Virus record (IMG/VR): IMGVR_UViG_3300022074_000005 | DNA length: 64,000 nucleotides | Origin: a virus | Reading direction: 5' to 3' (one strand) | Shown here: piece by piece, positions 18,861-28,505 of the stretch | How the letters are laid out: the number at the start of each line of letters is the position of its first letter | Position numbering within the stretch: the first letter of the stretch is position 1 | Program-made: the position numbers and the translations under genes | The notes under the pieces: generated by a model | The model's database searches: none | What the model saw: the letters and a program-made list of their open reading frames with translations, nothing else | What the model was told of the DNA's origin: nothing

Positions 18861-19000
18861 TATTCATCTTTAAAGTCATTATCAAAATCATCATTTTCAT
18901 AAATGAAAACATCTTGATCTTTCTCTTTCTTTTTAAAATAAGATAAAAATGTTGACCAATATAGTCTAAGATATAACTTCCATTGTTTTATTGTTCTCAT
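18860..19000 (-). CDS. 46-aa peptide, coupled at both ends
   Basis: Manual translation MRTIKQWKLYLRLYWSTFLSYFKRKRKDQDVFIYENDDFDNDFKDE; TAATG overlaps on both sides fill the gap exactly. Confidence 0.7.
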   Translation of the reverse strand: MRTIKQWKLYLRLYWSTFLSYFKKKEKDQDVFIYENDDFDNDFKDE

Positions 19001-20706
19001 TATGCTATCCTTGAAAAGTTTTGTTGTTTTTCAAATTTAATACTGTTTCTAAACTTATCTACTAACTGATCTCCTTTGTGAGATATTACAAAAGTATTTT
19101 CATCGCCAAGAGTATTTAATATTCTTAAAAACTCATCTGTACCTTGACCATCTAAACTACTATCAAATATTTCATCTAGTATTAATAAGTTTGTGTTAAC
19201 ACTATTTTTCATTTTTGCTATTGCTCTCCATGTAAAGAGTAGCGCTAAATCGATACGCATTTTTTCACCTTCACTAAAAGAGGCATAATTAAACGTATCT
19301 CTAAATCTAGATTTAATTGTTTCATTAAAGTTTTCATCTAGATTAAAGTTTACGTAAAAATCCATTGACATAAGATATTTGTTAATTAATTGATTCATGA
19401 TAGGTAAATATTGTTTTATAATTTTAGTTTTAATACCTGTATCATTCAACATATCTCTAGCTGCAAGTATGTAAGTTTTTTGATCTTTTAAATTACTTCT
19501 TTGATACTCAACTTTTTTGCAATCTGTTTTCATCTGATTTAATTTATCTATATCTTTTTCAGATACAGAACCACTTTCAAAATTTTCTATATCTTCTTTT
19601 AGTTTTCTATTATATTTTTGTAACTCTGCAACAGAACTATAAATCTCTGCTTGTCTTACTTCATTCTCACGTATGGTTTTTGTTATACCAGTTATTTCCT
19701 CTAAACGTTTATTGACAGTTAATAATTCTTCTTTTAATTTTATTGCACCATCAAGTATTTCTCTTGTTTTGATTTCTCTGTCTGCAATCATTTTTTCTTT
19801 GTGTGATTGTTGTATGTCTTGTTCACATGTAGGACACGAATCATTGTTCTTAAAAAACTCCATATCTTTTGCTAGTTGTTTATGTTTTTCTGTTAACGTA
19901 GCACGTATATTATTAAGTTTAGATAATTTGCTCTCTGTATGTGTCTTATCATTGATTTCACCTGTCAGATCATCGCTAGCAGTCTCTAAAAGGGCCTTTT
20001 CTTTCTCTCTATCTGTTAGTATAGTTTGATTAGATTGAAATAAGTCTTGTTTCTCTTTTATGATTTTATCTTTGTTCTTTTTCATATCATCAATATAATT
20101 TGTTTGCATAGCAATTTTTTCTACTGCCATCTCAAACTGATAATCCATATCTTTGATATCGTCTTGTATGTCTTTCAATTGATTTTTCAATACCATATTC
20201 ATCAATGAAAATATTTTTATATCAAGTATCTCTTCAACTACTTCTCTTCTATGAACTGCCTTTAGTTGCATGAAAGGTATAAAGGTTGATGAACCTAATA
20301 TTACAACTTGAGTAAAAGACCTAAAGTTTAATCTTAGTACAGTTTGTTCTAAATACTTTTGATAATCTCTAGCATTTGCCTCTTGATTTACCATAATACC
20401 ATCACACCAAATTTCAAACTTGTTTGGTTTAATACCTCTAACTATTTTCCATTCTTTAGTTCCAATATTAAACTCTACTTCAACAACTGTTTCTCTATCA
20501 TTAATAGTATTAACTAATTGTGATTTACTAATTACTCTAAATGGTTTTCCAAATAAACTAAAACACAATGCATCAAGTATTGTTGATTTACCTGAACCAT
20601 TTTCACCTATGATTAGTGTTGTTGTTTGTCTATCTAATTGTACCTCTGTAAAATTATTACCAGTAGATAAAAAGTTTTTCCAACGTACTTTTGTAAAGTG
20701 TATCAT
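19000..20706 (-). CDS. gp46: Recombination ATPase, Rad50/SbcC-like (gp46)
   Basis: WKNFLSTGN, GENGSGKS, zinc hook CPTC, FSEGEK signature, LDEIFD; likely start MIHF at 20706. Confidence 0.97.
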   Translation of the reverse strand: MIHFTKVRWKNFLSTGNNFTEVQLDRQTTTLIIGENGSGKSTILDALCFSLFGKPFRVISKSQLVNTINDRETVVEVEFNIGTKEWKIVRGIKPNKFEIWCDGIMVNQEANARDYQKYLEQTVLRLNFRSFTQVVILGSSTFIPFMQLKAVHRREVVEEILDIKIFSLMNMVLKNQLKDIQDDIKDMDYQFEMAVEKIAMQTNYIDDMKKNKDKIIKEKQDLFQSNQTILTDREKEKALLETASDDLTGEINDKTHTESKLSKLNNIRATLTEKHKQLAKDMEFFKNNDSCPTCEQDIQQSHKEKMIADREIKTREILDGAIKLKEELLTVNKRLEEITGITKTIRENEVRQAEIYSSVAELQKYNRKLKEDIENFESGSVSEKDIDKLNQMKTDCKKVEYQRSNLKDQKTYILAARDMLNDTGIKTKIIKQYLPIMNQLINKYLMSMDFYVNFNLDENFNETIKSRFRDTFNYASFSEGEKMRIDLALLFTWRAIAKMKNSVNTNLLILDEIFDSSLDGQGTDEFLRILNTLGDENTFVISHKGDQLVDKFRNSIKFEKQQNFSRIA

Positions 20707-20948
20707 GCTAACCAATTCCAAACTGCTCTTAATGACAAGAGCAAATACATACCTTCCATTAATGCTCTAGGTATGTCTTTATCTTTTATTGCAAATCTAA
20801 TCCACATGCCACAAGATACACATGCTATCGCCCAACCCATCCATTGTGTATCAACATCTGCATTACTTAAAACAAAACAACCAGTCATTGCGATTAAAAA
20901 TCCTAACCAACGTCCAGCATTCAAATCTTTATAATATCTTATTTTCAT
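20703..20948 (-). CDS. Small 3-TM membrane protein (weak PnuC half-transporter resemblance)
   Basis: 81 aa, three hydrophobic helices, C-terminal WNW; ATGA overlaps on both sides. Confidence 0.6.
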   Translation of the reverse strand: MKIRYYKDLNAGRWLGFLIAMTGCFVLSNADVDTQWMGWAIACVSCGMWIRFAIKDKDIPRALMEGMYLLLSLRAVWNWLA

Positions 20949-21484
20949 AATTCATTGCCCCAACTATCCCAACCTTTTCGTTCTCTTCTTGCAAATAACT
21001 CAACATAAGGACCATCTAATAATTGTTCTATCCTATCATATACTTCATCTGGCTTTCTACTATGTTCTTGTCTTTGGCTTATAATTAATTGTCTAACTGC
21101 TTTAGATAATCTTTTAGGTTTTCCTTTTGTTGCAAGTAAACACATCTCTGGGTTTGATCTAGTCCAATAACCTAAACCTGTAAACATACCTAAATCATTT
21201 TTGTTTTGCTTTGCCCAGGTAAATCCTACTGTTTTATATTTGAAACCCCACGCTTTAATAACTTCCAAAGCTTCTGGTAACATAGGGTCAACGCACCACA
21301 TGAGTAAGACGCAATCATCTGCAGCCAAATCAGAAACACGTAAATTACAAATGTCAGAAATAGACATGCAAGAATAATGTTGGTTAGCATTACGGCCGTC
21401 ACCTTTTGGACTATATGATTTAAAGTGCCAAGGGGGGTCTGCATATATTACCTTATAGTTAGATTTCCAAGTCTTGAGCTTCAT
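20945..21484 (-). CDS. MT-A70 family N6-adenine methyltransferase
   Basis: IYADPPW, WGFKYKT, GLGYWTRSNPE, HSRKP, ELFAR, WGNE. Confidence 0.93.
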   Translation of the reverse strand: MKLKTWKSNYKVIYADPPWHFKSYSPKGDGRNANQHYSCMSISDICNLRVSDLAADDCVLLMWCVDPMLPEALEVIKAWGFKYKTVGFTWAKQNKNDLGMFTGLGYWTRSNPEMCLLATKGKPKRLSKAVRQLIISQRQEHSRKPDEVYDRIEQLLDGPYVELFARRERKGWDSWGNEL

Positions 21485-22520
21485 TATATAATCCTCGCAT
21501 AATACCTTTTAATCTATCTTTATCTAATTCTATATCTAGCTCATCGATATATTTGTTTAGTAAAGTTGTTGTATCTTCAGCATATTGTACTATATCATCT
21601 GATACACTATCAGCTTGCATATCAGAAAAGTCTTCTATTATTTTTACTTCATAAGCATTTGCTTTCATTAATCTATCAACAAATCTATCATATTGATATA
21701 AATCTTTTTTATTGACAACAATTAACTTAACAAATTTTTTAGCATATTTTGATACATCTTCATTTGCATAACTTTTGTCTGCATCATCATAATAAATTTT
21801 TTCATATATCCTTAGAGGATTTACTATTCTTTCTAGTTCTAAAGTTTCTGTATCAAATATGTGAAATCCTTTTGTATCATTAAAGTCATTCCAATATATC
21901 TCATACGGTGCTCCTAGATAGTATATTTGACCATCATCGTTCTTTGTATGAAAGTGACCAGAGAATACTGTATCAAACTTTCTAAATATTTCTTTTTCAT
22001 AACCATTTTCATTTACTTGACCTTTGTGCATTTGAAAACCTTTTATTTCTAAATGCCCCATAGCAATCCTTGCTTTTGTTTCATCAATCATTCCCATAGA
22101 GTAAATATAATTTTGTGGATTAATCCATGGCAAAAATAAAATATCTAATCCACCAATATTAACGTCAGTTGCATCTTCATATAAATGAAACTTATTACTT
22201 TTGTCACCAATTAATTCTTTTAATGAGTTTACATCATTTGTATTCTTGTAATAGATATCATGATTACCAACTAAACAATGAAAGTCAATTTTTAAATGTT
22301 GTAAAGGAAATACAAATCTTTCTCTAAATTCTTTTGCAGTTTTAAAAGAAACATACTTACGTCTATCCATTAAGTCACCTAAATGAAAAACTGTTTTAAT
22401 ATTATGTTGTTCTAGATAAGGAAAAAAAATGCCTTCATAAAACTCATAAAAATAATCACTAAAGAATTGACTATCGTTTCTTGCACCGAAGTGCGTATCA
22501 TTTATTATTGCTACTTTCAT
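21459..22520 (-). CDS. gp47: Recombination nuclease, Mre11/SbcD-like (gp47)
   Basis: DTHFGAR, LGD, GNHD and SGHFH metallophosphoesterase motifs. Confidence 0.97.
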   Translation of the reverse strand: MKVAIINDTHFGARNDSQFFSDYFYEFYEGIFFPYLEQHNIKTVFHLGDLMDRRKYVSFKTAKEFRERFVFPLQHLKIDFHCLVGNHDIYYKNTNDVNSLKELIGDKSNKFHLYEDATDVNIGGLDILFLPWINPQNYIYSMGMIDETKARIAMGHLEIKGFQMHKGQVNENGYEKEIFRKFDTVFSGHFHTKNDDGQIYYLGAPYEIYWNDFNDTKGFHIFDTETLELERIVNPLRIYEKIYYDDADKSYANEDVSKYAKKFVKLIVVNKKDLYQYDRFVDRLMKANAYEVKIIEDFSDMQADSVSDDIVQYAEDTTTLLNKYIDELDIELDKDRLKGIMRGLYNEAQDLEI

Positions 22521-23158
22521 TAGGTAATGATATCTGTATTTGGTTTAATTAAACCCGTTTTCTTTTCTTCTATATCTCGTTTAATTTTCTTAGCAAGTTG
22601 AACTGTTTTAGGTGCTTTTAATTTTTCTTGTTTGTATATCTTTTGCACTTTCTTTTTTGCCATATCTAATTTTAGTTTAGATACAAGTTTTGTAAAGTCT
22701 GTACCATTCATGTGATCAAACTCATGTTGAAAAACTCTTGATGGCATATGATCAAATTCTTCTACGTGTTCTATACCTTCATTGTCTTCGTACTTAACTT
22801 TACATCCTCTAGGTCTTTTTATTTTTAAAAATAGTAAGGGATATGTTAAACAACCTTCCATTAGTTCTATATCTTCATCGCTAGTTTCTAATATCTCTGG
22901 GTTCCAACATGCCCACGCTTTACCCTCTGCCATATCTTTATGACCACCCATAATAAAAACTCTATATGGTAATCCTACTTGATTTGCTGATAATCCAATA
23001 CCACCAAACTGTTTCATTGCAACAAATAAATCTTCAGCTACTTTAGTTCTAGTAAATCCCTCTGGTAACATTTTATCTTCGAATAGAGGTAAAGGTTTGT
23101 TTAATATTTCTGCTTCTGGTGATATGAGTTTAAAATCTGCTTTCAAGTTATTAGTCAT
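22520..23158 (-). CDS. def: Peptide deformylase
   Basis: GIGLSANQVG, EGCLT, QHEFDH; start uncertain (23158, 23164 or 23182). Confidence 0.95.
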   Translation of the reverse strand: MTNNLKADFKLISPEAEILNKPLPLFEDKMLPEGFTRTKVAEDLFVAMKQFGGIGLSANQVGLPYRVFIMGGHKDMAEGKAWACWNPEILETSDEDIELMEGCLTYPLLFLKIKRPRGCKVKYEDNEGIEHVEEFDHMPSRVFQHEFDHMNGTDFTKLVSKLKLDMAKKKVQKIYKQEKLKAPKTVQLAKKIKRDIEEKKTGLIKPNTDIIT

Positions 23159-23690
23159 TGTCATCTTCCATAAATTTTTCAAGTCCTTTAGTATTTCTTT
23201 TTTTCTCTTTTGTTTTATACACAGGTTGATCTGGTACCATAACTAGAGGATTGAATTGACCATTAAACGTATATGTGTTTGGGTCGTTTGGCAATTGATT
23301 ATGTGTTTTATATTCGCCACCGTCAATCATTTTATGTTTAATGTGTTGTTGTTTTTTTTCTTTTTGTATTCTACGTATGAACGCATAATATATTATTTGT
23401 GTAAAATAAGCAAATGGATTTTTTGATTTAGCTGGATTAAAGTTGTAGATGTATTGTAAACAGTTTTCTATACCATCAGATATCATTTCATCTTTGTAAG
23501 TATAGTTAATAAAGTTTGGTCTATTAGATAAACCATTTGCAATCTTTAAAATACATTCACCAACATATTCTGGTACTTTAGGTTTGTCTTCACCTGACTC
23601 TTCAGCTTCTTTACAATTGTCTCTAAATTCTATCATTGCAGCTAGCAATTCTTTATTACTAACATAATGAGCAGGTTTTTTCTTTGGCAT
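23151..23690 (-). CDS. gp55: Late transcription sigma factor (gp55)
   Basis: HYVSNK, RPNFINYTY, EMISDGIENC, NPFAYFTQIIYYAFIRRIQKEK. Confidence 0.97.
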   Translation of the reverse strand: MPKKKPAHYVSNKELLAAMIEFRDNCKEAEESGEDKPKVPEYVGECILKIANGLSNRPNFINYTYKDEMISDGIENCLQYIYNFNPAKSKNPFAYFTQIIYYAFIRRIQKEKKQQHIKHKMIDGGEYKTHNQLPNDPNTYTFNGQFNPLVMVPDQPVYKTKEKKRNTKGLEKFMEDDND

Positions 23691-23705
23691 GTTATATCTT
23701 TCAAA

Positions 23706-23729
23706 GTATAGGGGATTGCTCCCCTACAC
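23706..23729 (-). terminator. GNRA-capped hairpin just upstream of gp55
   Basis: GUGUAGGGGA-GCAA-UCCCCUAUAC followed by a short UUU. Confidence 0.55.
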
Positions 23730-23747
23730 TATTAAATTAAAAAATTA

Positions 23748-23996
23748 TTAATCTTCGTCTTCATCTTCTTTATCTTCGTCCTCGTCTTCATCTTCTTCTG
23801 GTTCTATTTCAAGTACGTCTTCGATAGCGATAAGTCTTTCGTCAATTGCTTCTATTTTCTTTTCAAATTCTTCATGATCTGATTCATGGTCGTCATCGCC
23901 TTCTGGCATTTTTTCTTCAAGTTTTTCAATTCTTTCTTCAAGGTCTTCAATCTTATTTTTTTTAACATCATTATCTTCGTCTTTATTACCGAACAT
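23748..23996 (-). CDS. Highly acidic coiled-coil small protein
   Basis: 82 aa, D/E-rich, two heptad segments, GGAG SD. Confidence 0.75.
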   Translation of the reverse strand: MFGNKDEDNDVKKNKIEDLEERIEKLEEKMPEGDDDHESDHEEFEKKIEAIDERLIAIEDVLEIEPEEDEDEDEDKEDEDED

Positions 23997-24068
23997 AAGA
24001 GTCTCCTATATTTTTAAATGGTTATAGCGAAATTGTCAAGAAAAAAGTGAGCTTTCTTGAATCAAAAC

Positions 24069-24485
24069 TTAGTGTATCGTTTTATCGCCATGATCTTCAT
24101 CGTCAATATAGTCTTCCAAGTTTTCTTTTACATCATCGTATTTGGATTGATGATAACTATCTACGAGTTTTTGATGTGACTCGCCTGTCATAAATCCACC
24201 ACGTTCTTCAGCAATATGTAATTGCTTTTCATAAAACGTACTTAAACCTGTTGATGTTTTTGCACAATAGAGTATGTGATTATTTTTTACCTCTACAGTA
24301 TCCTCGTCTGTATATGGTCTAACCCATCTTATTAATGCTAAAGATTCTACAATACCTGATTCAACAAATCTTGGTATAGTATGAACCTTTAAAGGATTCT
24401 TTACCGAAGTGTGAGTATCGGTTTCTTTTGTGACTTGACAAACAATCTCCTCGCCAGTCGTTAATTTTAGTATGTGATATCTCAT
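24069..24485 (-). CDS. Conserved T4-like hypothetical protein (Sm-like fold) downstream of uvsW
   Basis: ILKLTTGEEIVC...NPL...W motif; usual position between uvsW and gp55. Confidence 0.75.
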   Translation of the reverse strand: MRYHILKLTTGEEIVCQVTKETDTHTSVKNPLKVHTIPRFVESGIVESLALIRWVRPYTDEDTVEVKNNHILYCAKTSTGLSTFYEKQLHIAEERGGFMTGESHQKLVDSYHQSKYDDVKENLEDYIDDEDHGDKTIH

Positions 24486-25915
24486 AAGTTTAGTGTATCT
24501 ACCTTGTAGTTAAACTCCTCTTCATTGTATATATTTATCCGTTCTTGAAAATGCAATAGTGTGAAGTTTTTTTTATTTTTATGAGTTAAGTCGTCTGATA
24601 TGTCGTATAATTTAACTGCGTCTTTTTGTTCAGACTTTCTTAAACCACGACCAATAGATTGTAATACTTTTATCCTAGACTTATAGGGGCTTGCAAATAC
24701 AACATTATGTAAGTTGCGAATATTAATACCAGTGGAAAAGACTCCGTAACTAGCGAGTATAAGTATATTATTTTTTGTTTCAGCCAGTGACCTAATTTGT
24801 TCTCTTTCATCTGTTCCTATTCCACCATGTACAAAGTAAATTTCTTTGTCAAGGTCTTGCATCATTCCATTTAAAACTTGCCCATGTTTTTCTACAAGTT
24901 GATAGAGAACAAGTGTATTCCCTTTTAAAGTTTTACAAAGGTTGTAAATAAATTGATTACGTTTATTGTTTTGCACTAAGAAATTAATTTCATCAATATA
25001 ATTAAAATCTTTACATTGTTTACTTATGTCAGCTGAATGTTTTAACACAATACAATCAATTGACAATTTGGCAATTGTTTCAGCATCCATTAAAGCTTTA
25101 GTTGTTGTAACTTGTTCTACTTCACCAAACAATCCCTCTAATACTAATCTATGTGTTTGTGTTCCGTCTAGTGTGCCTGTAAATCCAAAACGATAAGGAC
25201 AGTCCTCTAGTTTAGTCATAATACCTGTTAAAGATTTTGCTTTAAATAAATGTGCCTCATCACCTATTACACATTGATACTTGTCAAAAAACTTTTTACG
25301 TTCTTTGTATATTGATTGCCAAGTAGAAATAGTTATTGGTTTGGTGCTGGTCTTATCGTGGCCAGAGTAAATTTTGTGAATATGCGAATCATCCCAACCA
25401 TAAGATATAAAATCAGAAGCCATTTGTTCTACCAAAGAAGTTGTTGGTACAAGTATTAAAACGTTTATGCTTGATAGTTGTAAGTATCTAACAATCGCAT
25501 AAATGATTGCTGATTTACCAGACGCAGTAGGTGAAACAAATAATTTTCTTTTGTTTTCTAATGCTTTGATAAAAGAGTTGTACTGATAATCATATAATTC
25601 AAATGGCATTTTTAAACTATCAACAAATCCTCTAGCATTTTCATCATTAATTAAATTAATAACCTCACCATCTGATATTGTATATTCTATGTCATTTTTT
25701 TGACAAAACTGTTTAATATATGGCAACAACCCAACATATATTTGACCAGTTTGTTTTGAGAATAATCTTATCTTACCATCCCACATTCTGTTTCTAACAG
25801 TTGGCATAAACTTAGCACCTGGTACTTCAAAAGTAAAGTAATCAGATAACTCTTGAGCTATTGCTTGAGTAGTGTCTATATGTAAATAGACATCATTTTT
25901 TTTATTAATTAACAT
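24482..25915 (-). CDS. uvsW: UvsW SF2 helicase
   Basis: WDGKIRLF, SPTASGKS, DEAH, TGT, QSIGRGLR. Confidence 0.96.
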   Translation of the reverse strand: MLINKKNDVYLHIDTTQAIAQELSDYFTFEVPGAKFMPTVRNRMWDGKIRLFSKQTGQIYVGLLPYIKQFCQKNDIEYTISDGEVINLINDENARGFVDSLKMPFELYDYQYNSFIKALENKRKLFVSPTASGKSAIIYAIVRYLQLSSINVLILVPTTSLVEQMASDFISYGWDDSHIHKIYSGHDKTSTKPITISTWQSIYKERKKFFDKYQCVIGDEAHLFKAKSLTGIMTKLEDCPYRFGFTGTLDGTQTHRLVLEGLFGEVEQVTTTKALMDAETIAKLSIDCIVLKHSADISKQCKDFNYIDEINFLVQNNKRNQFIYNLCKTLKGNTLVLYQLVEKHGQVLNGMMQDLDKEIYFVHGGIGTDEREQIRSLAETKNNILILASYGVFSTGINIRNLHNVVFASPYKSRIKVLQSIGRGLRKSEQKDAVKLYDISDDLTHKNKKNFTLLHFQERINIYNEEEFNYKVDTLNL

Positions 25916-26430
25916 TTTTGTAATATAACGAGATTGTTAACAGTTAATATCTTTCTAGCTTGTTTGTATGAGTTAACCCAATCATCTACAAACTTTGTGA
26001 CATCCTCTGATAATTTGTAATCATGAAATATTGCATAACCATTTTCTTCTAAATTATCCCAATAGTTCATAGTATCTTTTCTGACACTTGTAAAACTATG
26101 TTCACCATCAATAAGTAGTGTGCCAAACATTTTTTTTGTTGTCCATTTATGAGAGTCCTCTTGAACATGCATAAATCTTTCTATGTAAGACATTGGTAAA
26201 TATTTCATAACATTTTTTAATTTAAATTTTATATCGATTGATACAACTTTTCTATCCGTATCTTTTGTTGCATCCAATAATATAACCGTAGAACCACCTT
26301 GACCTATTTCAAGGATATCGCCATAAGTTTTTGTTAGTATGAAGTTGTCGAGGAAAGTATATTCCTCGTCACACATTTGTTTAATTGGATTAAACCATTC
26401 CAGCTTCGAATTTTCGCCATTCAATCGCAT
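25909..26430 (-). CDS. Class I SAM methyltransferase (Methyltransf_24-like)
   Basis: LEIG, VSID, LIDGEHS, FHDY; true start may be downstream of 26430. Confidence 0.8.
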   Translation of the reverse strand: MRLNGENSKLEWFNPIKQMCDEEYTFLDNFILTKTYGDILEIGQGGSTVILLDATKDTDRKVVSIDIKFKLKNVMKYLPMSYIERFMHVQEDSHKWTTKKMFGTLLIDGEHSFTSVRKDTMNYWDNLEENGYAIFHDYKLSEDVTKFVDDWVNSYKQARKILTVNNLVILQKC

Positions 26431-26818
26431 TTTTTATATCCCACCCTCTAGATTGAATTGACCTTTGGACACCTTCTAAAAATTTAACAGTTGTTTCTAG
26501 ATACACTATTTTATTTTTTGCGTCAATAACTTCTTGGTCAGATTCAATATAAATGTTTAAATCTGTTTTTAAAACTTTTAAGTCAAATGGTTTTGATGCA
26601 TAAACTTTAGCATCTGATTTACCACCATAATATTCCCATTTGTCTCGGTACATTTTCGTATATTCACCTTTTGCTTTCGCAAGTAAGAATTCAAAGTTAG
26701 TTTTGTAATCAAGATACTTTGCATACAGGTCTTGATTACGTAAACTTTCTGTATCTAAATGTTCTTTATCTACAGGTAAGTCTTTATATGTTTGTTTTTT
26801 TAAATCATCTAACGTCAT
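26390..26818 (-). CDS. uvsY: UvsY recombination mediator
   Basis: LDTESL, KWEYYGGK, IKNAIEWRKF. Confidence 0.93.
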   Translation of the reverse strand: MTLDDLKKQTYKDLPVDKEHLDTESLRNQDLYAKYLDYKTNFEFLLAKAKGEYTKMYRDKWEYYGGKSDAKVYASKPFDLKVLKTDLNIYIESDQEVIDAKNKIVYLETTVKFLEGVQRSIQSRGWDIKNAIEWRKFEAGMV

Positions 26819-27851
26819 TTGTTTGTTCCCATTTGTATGCTTCTATTACGTGATTTAAAGCATCTAAAAAATGTTCATCACCTGGTTTTGGTTCTATTTC
26901 TTTTTGTTTTCTTAACTCTTGTTCTACTGAACTACCTATTACATTTCCTAAGATATGTCTATCTGAATGTGGTCTATCAATAAAAGCAGCTTCAAAGTAT
27001 GAATAGATATCTCCTCTAGGGTCAATTGCTATTTTTACTTGTGGTGATTGTTTTCTTGTTAATTGTTTGTAATTAACAGATAATAATTTATTCATTCTAC
27101 CTTCAAGTAATGCTACTAAAGCATAACCATAATCAATATTTAATAATCTTTTTTTTGCTTCCTCATCAAACTCTAAAAGTTTTTCTCTTAATTTATTTCT
27201 GTCGTCAATAGGATATTGAAAAGAAAAATCCTCTCGTAATGATAAAGTGTGAACGCCACCAATATCATCTATGTAATTAAATATCTTATGCAAGTTTTCA
27301 AACTCTGTAGGTAATAAAACATGATTAATATGTAATGGTGGTTTAGTTACATTTAATTTATTATAATCTTTAAGATTTTTTTTAACAACACGAAACGCTT
27401 TATTGTTTTTAGTTGTTGACGTAGTTTGATTTTCATCATAACCATATAATGATATACGAAAATGATCTACTGTTAATAGATTAGGATTTTTTTCTATAAA
27501 TCTTGGTGTTAACATAAAACCATTTGTAATAAATCTAACTTTATAACCTCTAACATGTAAGTCTTTACAAAGTCTGTCTATTTCATTATACGTAAGTGGT
27601 TCTAGTCCACCACCTATATTATATCTGTATGGATTATCACCTGGGTCTTGATCTAAAAGTGTATCGTAAAAATAATTGTAGTTTGGTTCTCTGGCGTCAT
27701 AGTTTCGCCCACAAAACGTACATTCGAACATGCAGCTAGTGCCAGGGAAAAGATTAATATTTTTAGGAAATTTGTAAACACCATCTATTGCAGCTTGTAT
27801 ATGCCCCGTATCTATTAAGGGTTGGATTGTTCTATAATATGATTTATCCAT
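26805..27851 (-). CDS. desII: DesII-like radical SAM NDP-4-amino-4,6-dideoxyhexose ammonia-lyase
   Basis: FPGTSCMFECTFC, GGGLEPLT, RISLYG, REDFS, IDYGYAL, PQV, GDIYSYFEAAF and GDEHFLD match Streptomyces DesII motifs, recalled from memory, in order; likely start MDKSYY. Confidence 0.85.
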   Translation of the reverse strand: MDKSYYRTIQPLIDTGHIQAAIDGVYKFPKNINLFPGTSCMFECTFCGRNYDAREPNYNYFYDTLLDQDPGDNPYRYNIGGGLEPLTYNEIDRLCKDLHVRGYKVRFITNGFMLTPRFIEKNPNLLTVDHFRISLYGYDENQTTSTTKNNKAFRVVKKNLKDYNKLNVTKPPLHINHVLLPTEFENLHKIFNYIDDIGGVHTLSLREDFSFQYPIDDRNKLREKLLEFDEEAKKRLLNIDYGYALVALLEGRMNKLLSVNYKQLTRKQSPQVKIAIDPRGDIYSYFEAAFIDRPHSDRHILGNVIGSSVEQELRKQKEIEPKPGDEHFLDALNHVIEAYKWEQTNDVR

Positions 27852-28479
27852 TGGAATCACTTGATATTTTTTGTATAACAGGTACAACTCTATTATTCAC
27901 TTTCATTGTTTTTCTATTAATAGGAAAAACTTCATTTATGGGTTCTACAAAATCAAAACTGTAAATACAACTATGTCTAGTTGCAAATTGCATTGGCATA
28001 ACTTTATCAAATTCCATACACCAATTCCAAAGTTCGATATGTCTATAATGATTGATTATATAGATTTTTGGTGGATTTGTCAAGGAATAATCTAGGTTAT
28101 ACTCTGGCCCAACGTTGTCCATAATAATATCGTAAGGTTTATCAAATACAGGTGTCTCTATAGCATCTTGTAATTTAAATTCATACTTACCATCGTAAGA
28201 AAATAAATCTTTATACTTGTCTTGTAATGCTATTGAATTATGATGTCTATAATAAAAACTTTTGTCTATGTTTAAACACTCTTTAACGTTGTTACCGTAT
28301 TGTGCTATAAAAAAATCTAAATTAGGACCACCACCGATACACTTAACAGTTTCTACATTTTTAAATAGATTGTTAAGTATTTCGTATTGTTCTAATTCAA
28401 AATCCCAAAAGTTATTTTTATTGTCTTTGTATAGATTATATATTTCTGTCCACTTGACATTCACAATTGTTACACTCAC
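27844..28479 (-). CDS. Hypothetical protein, possible divergent class I methyltransferase
   Basis: CIGGGPNLD, NID and YDIIMD resemble SAM motifs; GTG start. Confidence 0.55.
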   Translation of the reverse strand: MSVTIVNVKWTEIYNLYKDNKNNFWDFELEQYEILNNLFKNVETVKCIGGGPNLDFFIAQYGNNVKECLNIDKSFYYRHHNSIALQDKYKDLFSYDGKYEFKLQDAIETPVFDKPYDIIMDNVGPEYNLDYSLTNPPKIYIINHYRHIELWNWCMEFDKVMPMQFATRHSCIYSFDFVEPINEVFPINRKTMKVNNRVVPVIQKISSDSNG

Positions 28480-28505
28480 ATACTTTTATATTAAATAATT
28501 TGACT

